From: Octopus vulgaris
Lineage: Eukaryota
Direction of reading: 5' to 3'
NCBI GenBank assembly: GCA_951406725.2
Contig: OX597818.1
Location: forward strand, 72,168,001-72,232,000
DNA length: 64,000 bases
In this document: piece after piece, positions 40,762 through 56,991 of the stretch
Position numbering within the stretch: the stretch's first letter is position 1
Layout of the letters: every line of letters begins with the position of its first letter
The notes under the pieces: generated by a model
Told to the model about the DNA's origin: nothing
The model's input: only the letters and a program-made list of their open reading frames with translations
Databases searched by the model: none
Translations under genes and position numbers: made by a program

Positions 40762-41415
40762 ATTCCTCTTCTTCCACTTCCTCCTCCTCTTCTTCTTATC
40801 CCTCCTCCTCCCCTCCTCTTACTCCTCCTTCTCCTCCTCCTCTTATTCTTTTTCCTCCTCCTCCTCCCCTCCTCTTACTCCTCCTTCTCCTCCTCCTCTT
40901 CTTCTTTTTCCTCCTCCTCCTCCCATCCTCTTACTCCCCTACTCTTCTTTTCCCTCCTCCTCCCCTCCTCTTCCTCCTCCTCCTCTCCTTCCTCTTCTTC
41001 CTCCTCCACCTCGTCCGCCTCTTCCTCTTCCTCGTCCTCCTCGTCCTCGTCCTCGTCGTCGTCTTCCTCGTCCTCGTGCTCGTCGTCCTCATCCTCGTCG
41101 TCGTCTTCCTCGTCCTCGTCGTCCTCATCGTCCTCATCGCCCTCGTCGTCCTCATCATCCTCGTCCTCGTCCTCGTCCTCGTCGTCCTCGTCCTCGTCCT
41201 CGTCGTCCTCATCGTCCTCGTCGTCCTCTTCGCCCTTCTTGTCCTCGTCGTCGTTTTCCTCGTCCTCGACGTCTTCGACGTCCTCCTCGTCATCGTCCTC
41301 CTCCTCGTCGTCATTGTTCTCCTCGTCGTCGTCATCGTCCTCCTCCTCCTCTTCGTCCTGCTCCGCCTCGTCGTTCTGCTCCTCGTCCTGCTCCTCCTCG
41401 TCGTCATCGTCGTCA
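40762..41415. repeat. (TCC)/(TCG)/(TCA) degenerate trinucleotide tract
   Basis: Low-complexity tract with open frames on both strands. Confidence 0.9.
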
Positions 41416-42409
41416 ACTATGAAAACTGCTGCCAAGTGAACGGAAAGCAAGCTTAAACTCCTGCAGATTCCAACATCATTATGCTAGCCCTATCCCTGAT
41501 ATCATATTATCCTCTTATTTTGGTCTTCTGTACTAAAAGCGAATAAACCAAACTTACCCCAAAAAAAATACAACCCCCATCCCCACGAAACTTAGTTTTG
41601 CTTTCTTTTTCAATATATCAATCTAAACATCTTTATTTTTCTCTCTCTGCCATTCCCTCTTACACTTTTCTCTTTCCTCGTATTTCTTCTCTCTTCTCTT
41701 CCCACTCTCTCCACACACACAAAAGTACCCACACATATATTAATAGTCGTTTGTTTTCAGAACGTCTGTCCTTAATTGAATGGCTCACGAAGGTGTCTTG
41801 AAACTAAGAGGCTCTCACACACACCTACACCAGAGAATTACGATCATGATTGAAAACTACGTGTTCGCATATATATTGGTATTTATCATGGTTGCATTGC
41901 ATTAACTATTGTCTCCTATTACGTAAAATGGCAGTTACTATGAAAAATAATTCTATCCACCATAATGTATTGGTAAAAAACAAACAAACAGAAACAAACT
42001 AATTTTATGTTGCTTCCTTTAAAATAGGTATCTTATATGTTTGAAATAATTTCCTTTCCTGGGTATAATTCTTCTGTCAGATCGAAGGAAAGAGAAATCT
42101 AACGAAAATAAATCTGCAAACTGCCTCGTTTTGCATCTTGCTTTTTTATATGTCTTTTGTATTCGTTTCTTTATTCTTTAGCATAAAAACTAATTTTTAT
42201 AAGCCACAAATTTTACTATATCAGAGAAACCGTTGTTTTAATACCCTGGTTATAAAATAAATGTTTTGATGCTATGGGACTGTACTTATGTTTAGAAGGT
42301 CAAGGTTTACAGTCGAATAATTACTTCAAAGGTAGAATAAAGCAATGAATACAACTAAAATTATGATCTCATACCTAGACTAGAACAGAACAAAACTTCT
42401 TTAGATTAT

Positions 42410-42572
42410 TGGTTTAAAATTTTGGCACGAAGCCAGCAAGTTCCAAGGGTGGGGCTAGGTCGATTATATCAACAACAGCGTTCAACTATTATTTGCTTTA
42501 TCGATCCCAAAAGGATGAAAAGCTAAGTCGACCTCGGCGGAATTTGAACTCAGAACGTAAAGACGGACAAAA
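42410..42572 (-). mobile_element. SINE family B copy
   Basis: Aligns to 7370-7500. Confidence 0.8.
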
Positions 42573-42585
42573 TTAATCTTTTGAG

Positions 42586-42812
42586 TAGTGTTTCCTAACC
42601 TTTTCCCAGTGGTTCCCAACCATTTTATTTAAATGAGTTTTCTTACGGACTTCTTTTAATATGCTCGTTCTTATGAATACACACACACACACGCACACGC
42701 ACACACACACGCACACACTCACAAACACATATATATATATACGTATATGAAATTTAGTATTTCACCTTTGCGGCCAACCAGGGATCCGCAGACCCCAGGC
42801 TGGGAAGCACTG
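42586..42812. mobile_element. hAT (Charlie/Buster-type) MITE
   Basis: Ends tagtgtttcctaacc and ggctgggaagcactg, extra TIR copy cagtggttcccaacc at 42607; 8-bp TSD cttttgag/ctttagag (7 of 8 match). Confidence 0.75.
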
Positions 42813-44080
42813 CTTTAGAGTATTGAAACAAAAGATACAGAAAGTGCTAAGATTTTATCAGACTTGACGAAAGAAGACTATGTTTGTTGGCAAAAATCCT
42901 GAAGGTAAGACTGAGTATTAAACAATCAAATATTAGTTAAAGAAAAGGAAAGAAACAATAATAATTTCAAAGAGATAATATAAATAAGCTAAAATAAGCT
43001 GTAAATTCAAATGCGATATCTAACACCGAATTAAGAAGTTAATTAAGGAGAATCAAACCAAAATTTATTAAAATGTTAAATATTAAGGAATTTAAAAAAT
43101 ACCATTCTGATGCTACAAATAGTTTTGTTTCAATGGAAACAAATAACAATATTTTGTGAACGAAGCTATTGTTTAATTCCTTGGTTGATCTGAACAATGA
43201 CACACTAGTCTTAACCATTTCCAATTTTTATTTGGAATTTTACATCCAGGACTAAACAGTAGGCAATGAAGCCTGTTATATTTAAGATAGTACAGTGTGG
43301 TCTTGTGTCGTGGACCAAGATATATACCTGCATCCGATGGTGAGACTCCAGTCCGGAATTTCAAGAATTTTGAAGAATATTGAAATTACCCTTAGTTACT
43401 CCTACTTCTAAGTTCTTTCTGCCCCATAGCGGTAATACCTATCGAAGTGACAGAGTATGGGTGACATAGTAATAGAGAATGGGAGACTGTCGCTAAGTCT
43501 TAGATGACTCGGAAGAGCACTGGCCTCTGGACCTCTCACCCACTAACCCACCGGTAGTTGGAGATGCCCTGATGTTACGTGAAGTAACCTTTTCCTCTAC
43601 ATAAAGGTTAAATAGGCCCAGTGTCTAAAGAGAACATGAGAACAAGAGTATACTGTAAATGTACTGCCAGAAGGCAACTGTTGCTGTGTCTTTTCCAAGA
43701 AAAGTAACTTATCTTCGGATTTTAGCATAGAAATCTATGACCACCGTCGCCTGTAGGCATAGATCTTGAAGACAGAGAGAGAGAGCGGGGAAGAGAGAGA
43801 GAAAGAGAGAGGGAGAGAGAGAAAGGGAGAGGGAGAGAGAGAGGGAGAGAAAGAAAGAGAGAGGGAGAGAAGAAAGATCGCGGGAAAGAGGGAGAGAAAG
43901 AGAGAAAAAGAGGGAAAAGAGAGGAAAAAGAGAGGAATTACAGAGAGGGGAGAGAGAAGGAATGTATGATCTACGAGAGACTATACAGTTATTTTAACGC
44001 CAAGAGACGGAGTGGAATCACTCACTCTTAACTACCTGCCAGCCTGCTTTCCAACCTGCCTGCCCGCCAGCTAGCCTGTG

Positions 44081-44150
<70 letters not shown>

Positions 44151-44201
44151 CCCTTCTTTCTCAATGTGTCTCTCTTACTCCCTCGCTATTTGACTCTAAA
44201 G

Positions 44202-46085
44202 CAATGGTTCCCAACCGATTTTTGGCCATGCCCCACCGAATCATTTCTAAAATCCTGATGCCCCTTGTGATATTTAATTTTTGTTATTTAAAATTATACT
44301 ACTACTCACTCGGAGGAAGTTTAAAAGGCTCTCTAAACAAGCTCACAAAGAACATGGCATTCATGAAAGAGAAAAATACAAAAATACAGTTAAATAAATA
44401 AAGTTTCAAGAACATTGTTGTGGAGGACACCTCCGAGCCAGAGAAGTAGGCTGTTCCACTACAAGTAAATAGTTGACAGTCGGTGAGGCACGACGTTGGG
44501 CCAGTCGGGTAGACGAGGAAGTACGTCATCATAATACCACACAAAACAGTGTCGAACAAGACACATCAAATATATAATAGAGAACTGAAATGCTGAAATA
44601 TAAAATATTTGAATATGAATTAAGTAAACTAAAGTTACTGAGATCCTTGTGCTTCATAACTACTACAGAGAGATTTTATATTAGGCGCTATTTTAGTCAG
44701 CTCTAGTCTCAAGTCTCCTCGTTTTGTGATATCCAGTCGATATTTTTTCTTCAACAACAATTCATTTACAGTATTAAAGTCATATTCAGCTAAATTTGAA
44801 GATGGGAACGGTAACTACAATTTTCTTGCAAAGTTGGCTGAATTTGGGTATTTGGTTTCTGTCTCATCACTAAGCCATGGTATTACTCCTTTTATATTGA
44901 ATAAAGTTTTAATCGACTCATCATTTTGCATTTCCGAGAGTTCCTCTTGGTACTGTATCGAAATATCAGATATATCCATTAGCATTAGCTGCATAACCAG
45001 TGTTAAAAAATCAATTTGTTTTAAATCAAGCAGAAAATTTTTCTTTCAAATCAGAGGCCAATATTTTCAGATGATCCGCGATGACAAGTACAGCAGCACT
45101 GGTCACCTCACATATTTTTAGCCAATGAAACTGGTAAAAAATTTTGTCAGAAATATATTTTTGACAAACCACAATGAATGTAACAAAGCCAAATATCTTC
45201 GTCTTTGCATCAATAAGAGTTTTATTTGATCCTTGAAGTTGTTTATTTAACATATTCAGTTTTTCAAAGATATCTGTTAAATAACTCACAAATGCTTTAC
45301 CATCAACGGTTAGTAGGTGCTTCATTTCAGGCTTGTCACTTAAAAAGTCATTAAGAACATCAAATAGTTCCATAAATCTTTTCAAGCAATTCCCATTTGA
45401 GAGCCACCTTACCTCAGTGTCAAATAAAACTCTCACATAGTCTGCATTTTCACATAACTGCTTGAAAAGACGTTCACATTTGGCATTAGCACTGATAGCA
45501 CTGATACATTTTATAGCTGATTTTAGTACCTCATTGAGAACAGGAGACATATGAATAACACAGCGCACAGGTAGCATTTCTGGGTTCTCATCTTTCATCA
45601 ATTTTACGCAGACATTTTTCTTGCTCACCATAACAGGAGCATCATCTGCAGCACAAGATGTTATGTTCTCTATTGGTATATTGTTGACATCCAAGTAAGT
45701 TTTTAGCTTATCTTATATATATATATATTTGGAGCATTAGTGGTGGATTCTAATGATTTGGAGAGTATCATTTCTTCAGTAAATTTACCTTTATCAATAT
45801 ATCTTGAATAGGTTAGCAATACGATAGAGTTGATTCATCCATTTGTAATGAGAATTTTCTTGATTTCAGGTTTTTAACAAGTTGTCTTTCAACATCTTCA
45901 CTCATTTCATCTATTCTTCTACAAACAGCATTATTACTGAGTGTCATGGCTTGAAAAACTTTGTCATATTTTTCCAGGACTGTTTTAAAAAATGCTGATA
46001 TTGATAGTTTAATTAAATGCTCTCCAATAGTATGGTTTTTTCAACATTTAGCAATGAGTAATGAAATTTCATAACTAGCATCAAG
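44202..46085 (-). mobile_element. hAT Buster/Charlie-type element, 3' portion with decayed transposase
   Basis: Terminus caatggttcccaacc at 44202; FSLQMDEST, CAADDAP.M, RCVIH, TEVRWLS and YLTDIFEKLN.LN.QLQG. Confidence 0.88.
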
Positions 46086-46089
46086 AGTA

Positions 46090-48760
<2,671 letters not shown>

Positions 48761-48844
48761 ATAAAATAAACATTCGGAGACAAAAGAGCAAAAAAATGGC
48801 GTTCATTCCGTTTGTACGAACAACATCAACAATAACAACAATAA

Positions 48845-49505
48845 TGGTTTCAAATTTTGGTACAAGGCCAGTAATTTTAGAGGAGGGTGTGAGTTGATGA
48901 CAGCGACACCAGTGCTCAGCTAGTACTTATTTTACCGACGCCGAAAGGAGGACATGCAATGTCAACCGCGGCAGAATTTGAACTCAGAGCGAGAAGATGG
49001 ACGAAATGCCGCTAAAAATTTTGTCCGGTGCACTACCGATCCTGCCAGCTCGCATTCTTCTTCTTCTTCTTCTTCTTCTTCTTCTTCTTCTTCTTCTTCT
49101 TCTTCTCAATAATAATAATAATAATAATTATAATAATAACAACAACAACAACAACAACAATAACAATGATAATTATTTTCTACTATAGGCACAAGGCCTA
49201 AAATTTTGGGGGAAGGAGCAAGTCGATTACATCGACCAGTACTCAACTGGTACTTAATTTCTTGACCCAGGAAGGATGAAAGGCTAAGTCGACAATCCTT
49301 TGTTATAGGCACAAGGCCCGAACCTTTGGAGGAGGGAACAAGTCGATTACATCGACCCCAGAATTTCACTGGTACTTAATTTAACCACCCCGAAAGGATG
49401 AAAGACAAAGTCAACCTCGGCGGAAATTGAACTCAGAACGTAGTAACGGGTGAAATACCGCTAAGCATTTCGTCCAGCCTGCTAACGATTCTGCCAGCTC
49501 ACTGC
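48845..49505 (-). mobile_element. Three stacked family-B SINE units with intervening (CTT)n/(AAT)n/(AAC)n
   Basis: Copies at ~48845-49052, ~49178-49295 (partial) and ~49300-49505, all on the same strand. Confidence 0.85.
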
Positions 49506-49649
49506 TTTAATAATAATAATACTAATGATGATAATATTTTAGGAGTTTTTGTCTTAACAGCGCTTTCATGATTACAATATAACAACATATACGTGTATGT
49601 ATCAACATGTGCAGAGTGAAAAACTATATTATATAAAACTGTCATACCG

Positions 49650-49732
<83 letters not shown>

Positions 49733-51018
49733 CCCACAAACACACACACAAAAGCACACAAAAACACACATACACACACACACAACACGCACAGATATAA
49801 ACATTGGCAATTTGGAATCTGATCGGTATTAAAGAAGGTCCAATATTAGGATGTGTATGAGAAATTCATGCTAGGATTTTCTTGTTTTACTGTTGCTTTT
49901 ATTGTGGACTTTTGAATTATATTCCTACATTTCGTATTAAGTAATTGACAGCGTGAAATATGAGACTAGATATAAACATTGAAAACAATGCTTATTAAAT
50001 GGATGTAAATCATTATTACTTAACACTTGCTTACCACGTGACGGCAGTACATTTTCAGTATCGTCTGTGTTACGCATTCTTGGATTTGTTTCATTATTTG
50101 CATTCCTTTACATTTTTGCTCATCCGTACTTGACGTCTGACTGCGATGGATCCATTATCAACATTACGCCTGCTACTAAGACCAAACGCGGGTTTCCTTT
50201 CTATAAGAGAAGTTATACTATATGTGAAGATACACAAGGGTGTAATTTGAAGACATGTATGTTACCAGATTTGTATTTATGTGACTGTGTTAGATGTTAT
50301 TAATTTTGGGTATTACTACAATTGTTTTGTTAGGAAATGAATCGGAAGTTTGATTCTTCTAGTAAATGGATAAATGACTTTTTGTACTTTATATATCTTG
50401 AGGAATTTGAAGCCAATAGTTCTATATTTCTCTATCACAATGGCGGCTTTCCAGCGTTCGTTGTATTCTAGAACCTACACAATGTTCCATAGCCTGTTAT
50501 GTGTTTTATCCATGTTATTTATCTTATTGCCATACACCTCCTCCGGAGACTGTTATTTCATTTAATGTTGGTGCTTGCATAATTTAGATTTTGCCTTTAT
50601 CCAATTCCTGGAAGTATAAAGAATAAAGAACTGTAAACGAATTGTTTGTTCATAAATGCGTAACAACCTTTATTATGTCTTTTTGTTTTATATATTTTTA
50701 CTAGAATCTTTAGCTTTCGGCGCTATTTTCCTTCAAACATTTCTTTGTATATCATCTTTATCTCTGTATCATTAATCTCTTGCCAATTTCTTTTTCTTTA
50801 TTTCTGTAGTTTCCACCTTAATTCCAATAATATTTAGCAGTTCTGTTATTTATTTACCTTTTGAACTATTTATTCACCTAGGTTTTTGGTTTCAGAAGTT
50901 TACCTACAAAGTTTTAGATATTTGACTTTGAGAATGTTTAGTACCTTATATTCATTATGACGGTAGCTGTGTAGGGTAATTCTATTGAAGTCGACGCTCA
51001 AATTTGCTTAGAGGATGC

Positions 51019-51072
51019 TTTTGTTGACTTAACTGCAGTTTATTGTTTTGTTGACTTAACTGCAGTTTATTG
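51019..51072 (+). repeat. 27-bp perfect tandem duplication
   Basis: ttttgttgacttaactgcagtttattg x2. Confidence 0.95.
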
Positions 51073-51218
51073 TTTTCAGCATGGTTTTATCTTTGGAAGG
51101 TTCTTACTACCACAAATTATTTGAAGTTAGATGCAGAGGCGGTAATAAGTTTCACTGAGGAAGCCTTAATAACAAAGAAATATGTCGAGAATAAATTAAA
51201 TATTAATCATTGCACACA

Positions 51219-51249
<31 letters not shown>

Positions 51250-51250
51250 G

Positions 51251-51297
<47 letters not shown>

Positions 51298-51974
51298 AAT
51301 AATTATTGACAATGAGCATTTTTTTACTGTCTAATTCTTTCTGGATAGCAATGGCAGTTTGAAACCAGCACATAAACTCTTGGAAGAAATGCCACCAAGA
51401 ATTTCGTCCGACTTGCAAATGATTCTACCAACTTGCCTTATGAAGATTAACGTAACTCTTCAGGAAGGTAAATACACAAGAAGAAAAGTGCGATGCGATA
51501 AAACATAGATTGACGTTATTTATTGAACAGAACAATGTTTTGACAGTTTCAAAGTAAGACAAAGTAAGACAAGAATAAGGAAAATGAAAAATACTGAGAT
51601 TCAAAATTTTAACAGAAATATCCCGCGTTCGCTCATGGTCAAAATGACGTCATCAAGTTTCTAGTTAAAACAAGAAAAAAGAAGATAAACGAAACAGTTA
51701 AGTGAATTTTTACTTAAATGTGATGGAACTCTGTTATATTTTTCATTCTTCTAAGGCGCAATGCGAGTAAACCCAATTTATATTTATCTTCGCGTGTTTG
51801 TGCACTGAATGTTCATTAGATTCAGAATATTTTCTGACAATGTGTACTTTCAGGTGTACGACAAATTTGCAGTTGTTTGATGTAAAATGCTCGGCAAGTT
51901 CCATCTAATTAGTGTTATTGCGTCCCAAAAATTTCGGGCCTTGTGCCTTGAGTAGAAAAGTATATTATTAGTTT

Positions 51975-52185
51975 CAAGCTGACAAAATCTTTAGCACATC
52001 AGACAAAATTCTTAGCGGTATTTCGTCCATCTTCATGGGTTCAAATTCTACTGAAGTCCACTTTACCTTTCATCCTTTCGGGGGGTCGATAAAATAAGTA
52101 CCAGCTAAACACTGGGCGGTCGATTTAATCCACTTATTCCCATCCCCGAAATTGCTGGACTTGTTCCAAAATTTGAAACCTATAT
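51975..52185 (+). mobile_element. SINE family B copy
   Basis: cttagcggtatttcg...gttcaaattc...ctttacctttcatcctttcgggggg.tcgataaaataagtaccag followed by (ATT)n. Confidence 0.85.
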
Positions 52186-52193
52186 TCTTATGG

Positions 52194-52256
<63 letters not shown>

Positions 52257-52259
52257 TCA

Positions 52260-54850
52260 TTTACACACAACAGATTAGACGGTTGCAAAAGTTTCCTAAC
52301 ATCGGGCCACAACAAGTAGCCTTAGATGTTAAGAACCTTCTCAGCAGTCCTTAATAATACTGTTTTCTGAAGTTGCTCTAAAATAGGATTTTATGCACTT
52401 TTACTTCTATCCATCTGTGCAAGTCTTTAGGGATAGTTTCCAATGCAGTTATAACTACAGGGATACATTTACCTGAATTTTCCATGACATCTGTAACTCA
52501 ATGGCTGGGTCCTTGTACTTTGCTATTTTCTCTATACATCTCATATTGACTTTCTCATCGTTTGGGATTGTAAAGTTACTTATCTGACGCTTTCTAGTCT
52601 TTTTGTCTACTACTGCTAAATCAGGTCTTCTAGCGTCTATTGCTCTGTCAATCTGAATATTACAATCACTCAACATCTTATATTTCTTGCTTTCTAGCAC
52701 TTGACTAGTTTCATGTTCATGCTACCTATCAGTATGGTCTAAAAAACAAAACGAAACAAAACAAAAACAACCACAACAAAAAAAACCTAGTCTTGTACTA
52801 AATTCTCAGTGGATTATTCTCCCTAGGTTTTTATGTTATTTCTCGTATTCTTTATGTGCTAGCATATTACATTCACTAGAGTAACATTTTCTTCCTTTGA
52901 TTTACATAACTTACGTTATTTGTGTCTAGCTGGGCTTTTATCTAGCTATTTTTCAATATCTAACAAACATTCTGCCTCTGTTTTCAGCCTCCCTTTCTGC
53001 AACCACAACCATGTTTCACTATTACTATTTTCTACAACTATCTTTGGAAATCTACCATGCAAATGAGATAATTCTGTTTTTAACTACACTTGGATTTTTG
53101 GTTCCTATATCTCCTACTGTTTCACTATAATATCAAGAGAGAAATTTTTCAAGGAGGTTCGTTATTCCCTTTAATATTTGTGTTATGCTTACCCCCACTC
53201 CAAGTTTAATATTAAGGAAGAGAAGAGCAGGGTACCAGTTCAGAAATTGTAAAGGAAAAATTACCTATTTGCTCTGCATGGCGCAAATTGTTAATTTTTC
53301 CTTTGCTATCTCTAAATTGATATACTGCCTTTGTCTTTTTTAATACTAAAAACTGAGTTGGATTAAGAATAACACACGTATTAAAAGGGAATAACGAGTC
53401 TTCTTGGAAAATTCCTCCTTTGCTATTAAATTTCCCTAGGGCTGAGTCATCTGAGTAAAAACCCACACGCACTTTCCATTTCTTCATGCTATAGCTTGAT
53501 TCTGTTATACTGAATACTCTCAAACATTCACTTATGCATGAGTGTGGAATCATGTTATAGGCTTTCTAATAATCGGTTCCTGTTATTGTTAAATTATTCT
53601 TGCAAGATGTCAGTTCTTTTAGGACTGCTTTATCTATGTATAAGAGATCATGCGTTCCTCTTGCATTCTTCCTGCAGTATTTCTGTTCTTCTGGAAGTAA
53701 ATTCTGGCTGTCAAGGTGTTCATAAATGCTGAGACCATTCTTTTAACAACTACCACATAAATGGTATGCAAGTGACTGGTCTATAATTAGTAGCTATATT
53801 GCCCTTGCTTTTGTCTTTCATAAGGAATACTGCTCTGTCTCTTGTCATCCAATTATCTATACTCCTCCATTCAGGAAATCCTGAAGTTGTTCCACCAGTC
53901 TCCCACGTAAACTACTAAATTTCTTCAAATTGTACCCTTGAACTAAATCTGGTCCTGTGCCTTCCTATTTGGCATTCGTCCGAACACTTTACTCATTAAC
54001 CAACTAGTTAGGTTTTGATCTGGCTGATTCCCGCTAACAACTTTTCTCCTCACTTTCTATCTTAAACATGCTGCATCTCCATTATGACTAAACTGGCTTA
54101 TCCCATATATTACTCCAGAACATTCTAGCTTCTTCTGTATTAAGCTTATCATCTTTGGTAGTTTCTTCTACACATTTACATGGTGATAAAATTTCCACTG
54201 GTATGTCCAAAACAATCTGTTCTATTGATACTAATCTATTCTTTGTGAAAACTGGAAAGCTTGCCTGCTGTTGCTATGATACGCTGATTTAGCTCTTTCA
54301 GGACTAGACCATCCCAAATCCTTTCTCTTTGCTTAAATATTTTTTCGAAAGAGATTTAGATCTTGTGTTTCCTAACTTGTCCTCGTTTGAGGCTTCTATT
54401 CTACTCAGATCTCATCTTAAAGTCTTCATTTTATTATCTTATCTCCTTCCAATACATTACTCGAAGAATACCTAATCTGCTAGGCACTACTACCCCTCCT
54501 GCATAAATCGGCATTTTCCTAATGATAACAGAATCTACTTTCTTAGTAATACCTAGTAACTTCCTTCTATTAACACCTTTTAATTCTGGAAATCTTTTTC
54601 TTTCTTCTTTACACTACTTCCTTCAAATCATCTAAAAACCTTCTGATTTTCCTCAATTAAGACGCTGGAAGCGGTTTTCCCTTTCTCATTGGTAGTTCCA
54701 TTATTCTTTTCGCTCATGGCAACAACCGTATTATGATTTGTTCTAAGAGAACATCTACATTTATGTGGGATAAATATTACCCTCCAGTATTAATACTGCC
54801 TCTGTAGCTAATAAACATTTTCTAACAAGCTCGCTGGCTAATCAAGACAC
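52260..54850 (-). mobile_element. Decayed R4-like RLE LINE
   Basis: NYRPVTCI, IPHS.I.ECL, GIFQEDSL and D..IQ.DR.I.ARRPDL.VVDK...IP.D...KI.KYKD; 3' end abuts (ATT)n. Confidence 0.82.
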
Positions 54851-55519
54851 CAGTGCTTGTTCTGGTACTGTTAATCTATATATCCCTGGCGGGGAAATGA
54901 ATCATTGTTTTCTCTAGCGATCGAGCGTCCATCATTGACAAAACAAAGAAAGGTCTAAATCATGTGATCTGGTGGCCTTGGCGTATTTGTCTCCTTGCTG
55001 GCGATATAAAGGTAGATTTTCTTGCATGGTAACTACTGCAGAATAGATTGTTCTAACAGAGTATTCACGTTGAAGTGGGGATAAATTTTGAAGAGAGGTT
55101 AAAAAATAAGACATGTACTTTAGGTCCATTAGGCTTAATGTCTAGAATTGCGACCTTTTACCGCATTTGAATACATACATACGTAGTGATAAAATCTCGA
55201 AATCACTTGGTAAGGCTTTAGCAAATACTTCATTCTGTGAGTTTATCTCGCCAAAGAAAGATGTGGTTTGTTGCTCGCAGTCCAGAAGTTGCTATGATGT
55301 TAGTGACTTTGTGTGGCTGTTCAAGTTAAATTTTAGCTCCCATTTCTAGCAATATCAGGTGCTATTTTGCCCCCTCATTTATTAATTTCACTTTTTTGGT
55401 TTTATTGCCACGGCCACCTATATTATAATGTATTTCATATATCTTAATATATTAATATCATATATATATTTTACCTTATATATATATATCACAGTATACT
55501 TCATACCAGTATACCACAT

Positions 55520-56985
55520 AATAATCGACTAGAGGCAATCCAGGTCTGGCTGGACCAATTTCTAGAAGAAATACCAAAACGGATCAGTAAAGAATTCATT
55601 ACTAAATCGGTTGAATTCATCCTACAAAATAACAACTTCATATTTGACAATATGTTTTACCGTCAAAAATCCAGAATTGCTATGGGTACTAGGGCAGCAC
55701 CAGTCATTGCGAACCTAGCAATGGGCTACCTGGAGGTAATAATATACCAGGAATCTTTATCGACCTTTGGAAACCCCCTTTCCCTATGCATAAAAGAGAA
55801 TTGGAAAAGATTCCTAGACGACTGTCTTATACTCTGGAATGAAAACAGATAAACTCCTAAAATTCAAAATCCTATTGAGCAGCGTCAACCCAAACATACA
55901 GTTCACAATGGAGTACAGCCAAAAGGAGCTTCCATTCTTAGATGAACTAATTAAAAAAATTAACCTAAAAATAGAAACAGACATATTTTACAAAACCACA
56001 GACTCCAAACAAAACCTACTTTTTGATTCATGCCACCCAAGACACATTAAGACAAACATCCCCTTCAACCTTGCAAGAAGGATATGCACAATAGCGTCAG
56101 AATAAAATACCAGAAACTTTAGACTACAAGAACTCAAAAAACACCCTAATTGACAGACACTACCCAGTTCAACTCATAGCGGATGGAATCAGACGTGCAA
56201 CAGAAATCGACATAGGAACCTTGAAATACTGCCGTACGTATCCACACACAACCCCAGAAACAAAGAAGCTTTCGCCATCATCTCCCAGAATTTACCAATG
56301 CTTCATAAAGACCCCAAATTAAAGGAAATTATAAACATACATAAAATTATTAAAAGCTACAAACAATCTAAATCACTGAAAAAGATCCTCACAAAGGCAA
56401 ATTTGTTTTCTGAAATAACGGATGCAAAAGTAAAAAAAATGTAGTAGACCAAACTGCGTAACATGCCCAAACCTTCTAGAAGGATCAGAATTCCTCTTCA
56501 AAGAGGGACAAAAATTCAAGATCAAATCGAATTTTACTTGTGCTTCAGAAAACCTACTTTATGCCATAAGATGCACGGGCTGCCACCAAAACTACATAGG
56601 GTCTACGGGATTATCGCTCAGATTGCATTCCCAGAATACAGAATGATACTCTTTAGTGAACATATTGAGAAATGCGCAAAGCAACTACTACCACAATTTA
56701 TAATCTTTCCATTCTATCAATGTGCTATTGGAACACCAACACAAGTTAGATTAAACAAGGAAACATTCTTTATTGAAAAATATAAGCCAAAACTTAACCA
56801 TTCCTAACATTTATAAACAAGGAAATTCATTTCATTGAAAAAATATAAAGCGATTATCTCCCTTATACCGGAAGAAATCCCTGATTACCTTCCCCTGCCT
56901 GGTGAAGACATGACACGACGTAGGTAAAGAAATATGAGAGAGTTAAAAAGAAATTACGAAACCGGTTATTTCTCCCAAAACTATG
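55520..56985 (+). mobile_element. Penelope-like element (RT, CxxxxCxxC linker, GIY-YIG), 5'-truncated and frameshifted
   Basis: NNF.FD...YRQ...AMGT..AP..ANL.MG, RFLDD, LPFLD, SCHP.H.K.NIP, CSRPNCVTC, LLYAIRC..C...YIGST and KYKPKLN. Confidence 0.9.
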
Positions 56986-56991
56986 TTACTA

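Noticed and set aside
40875-41450. 191-aa Asp/Glu-rich ORF
   Set aside because: Degenerate trinucleotide repeat open in multiple frames on both strands, with no flanking domain
51525-51665. Minus-strand uugauga...aaaacauug hammerhead-like remnant
   Set aside because: Both conserved boxes are mutated
54870-55360. Coding-like minus-strand stretch between the R4-like LINE and the PLE
   Set aside because: Contains stops and no recognisable motif; cannot be assigned without a homology search
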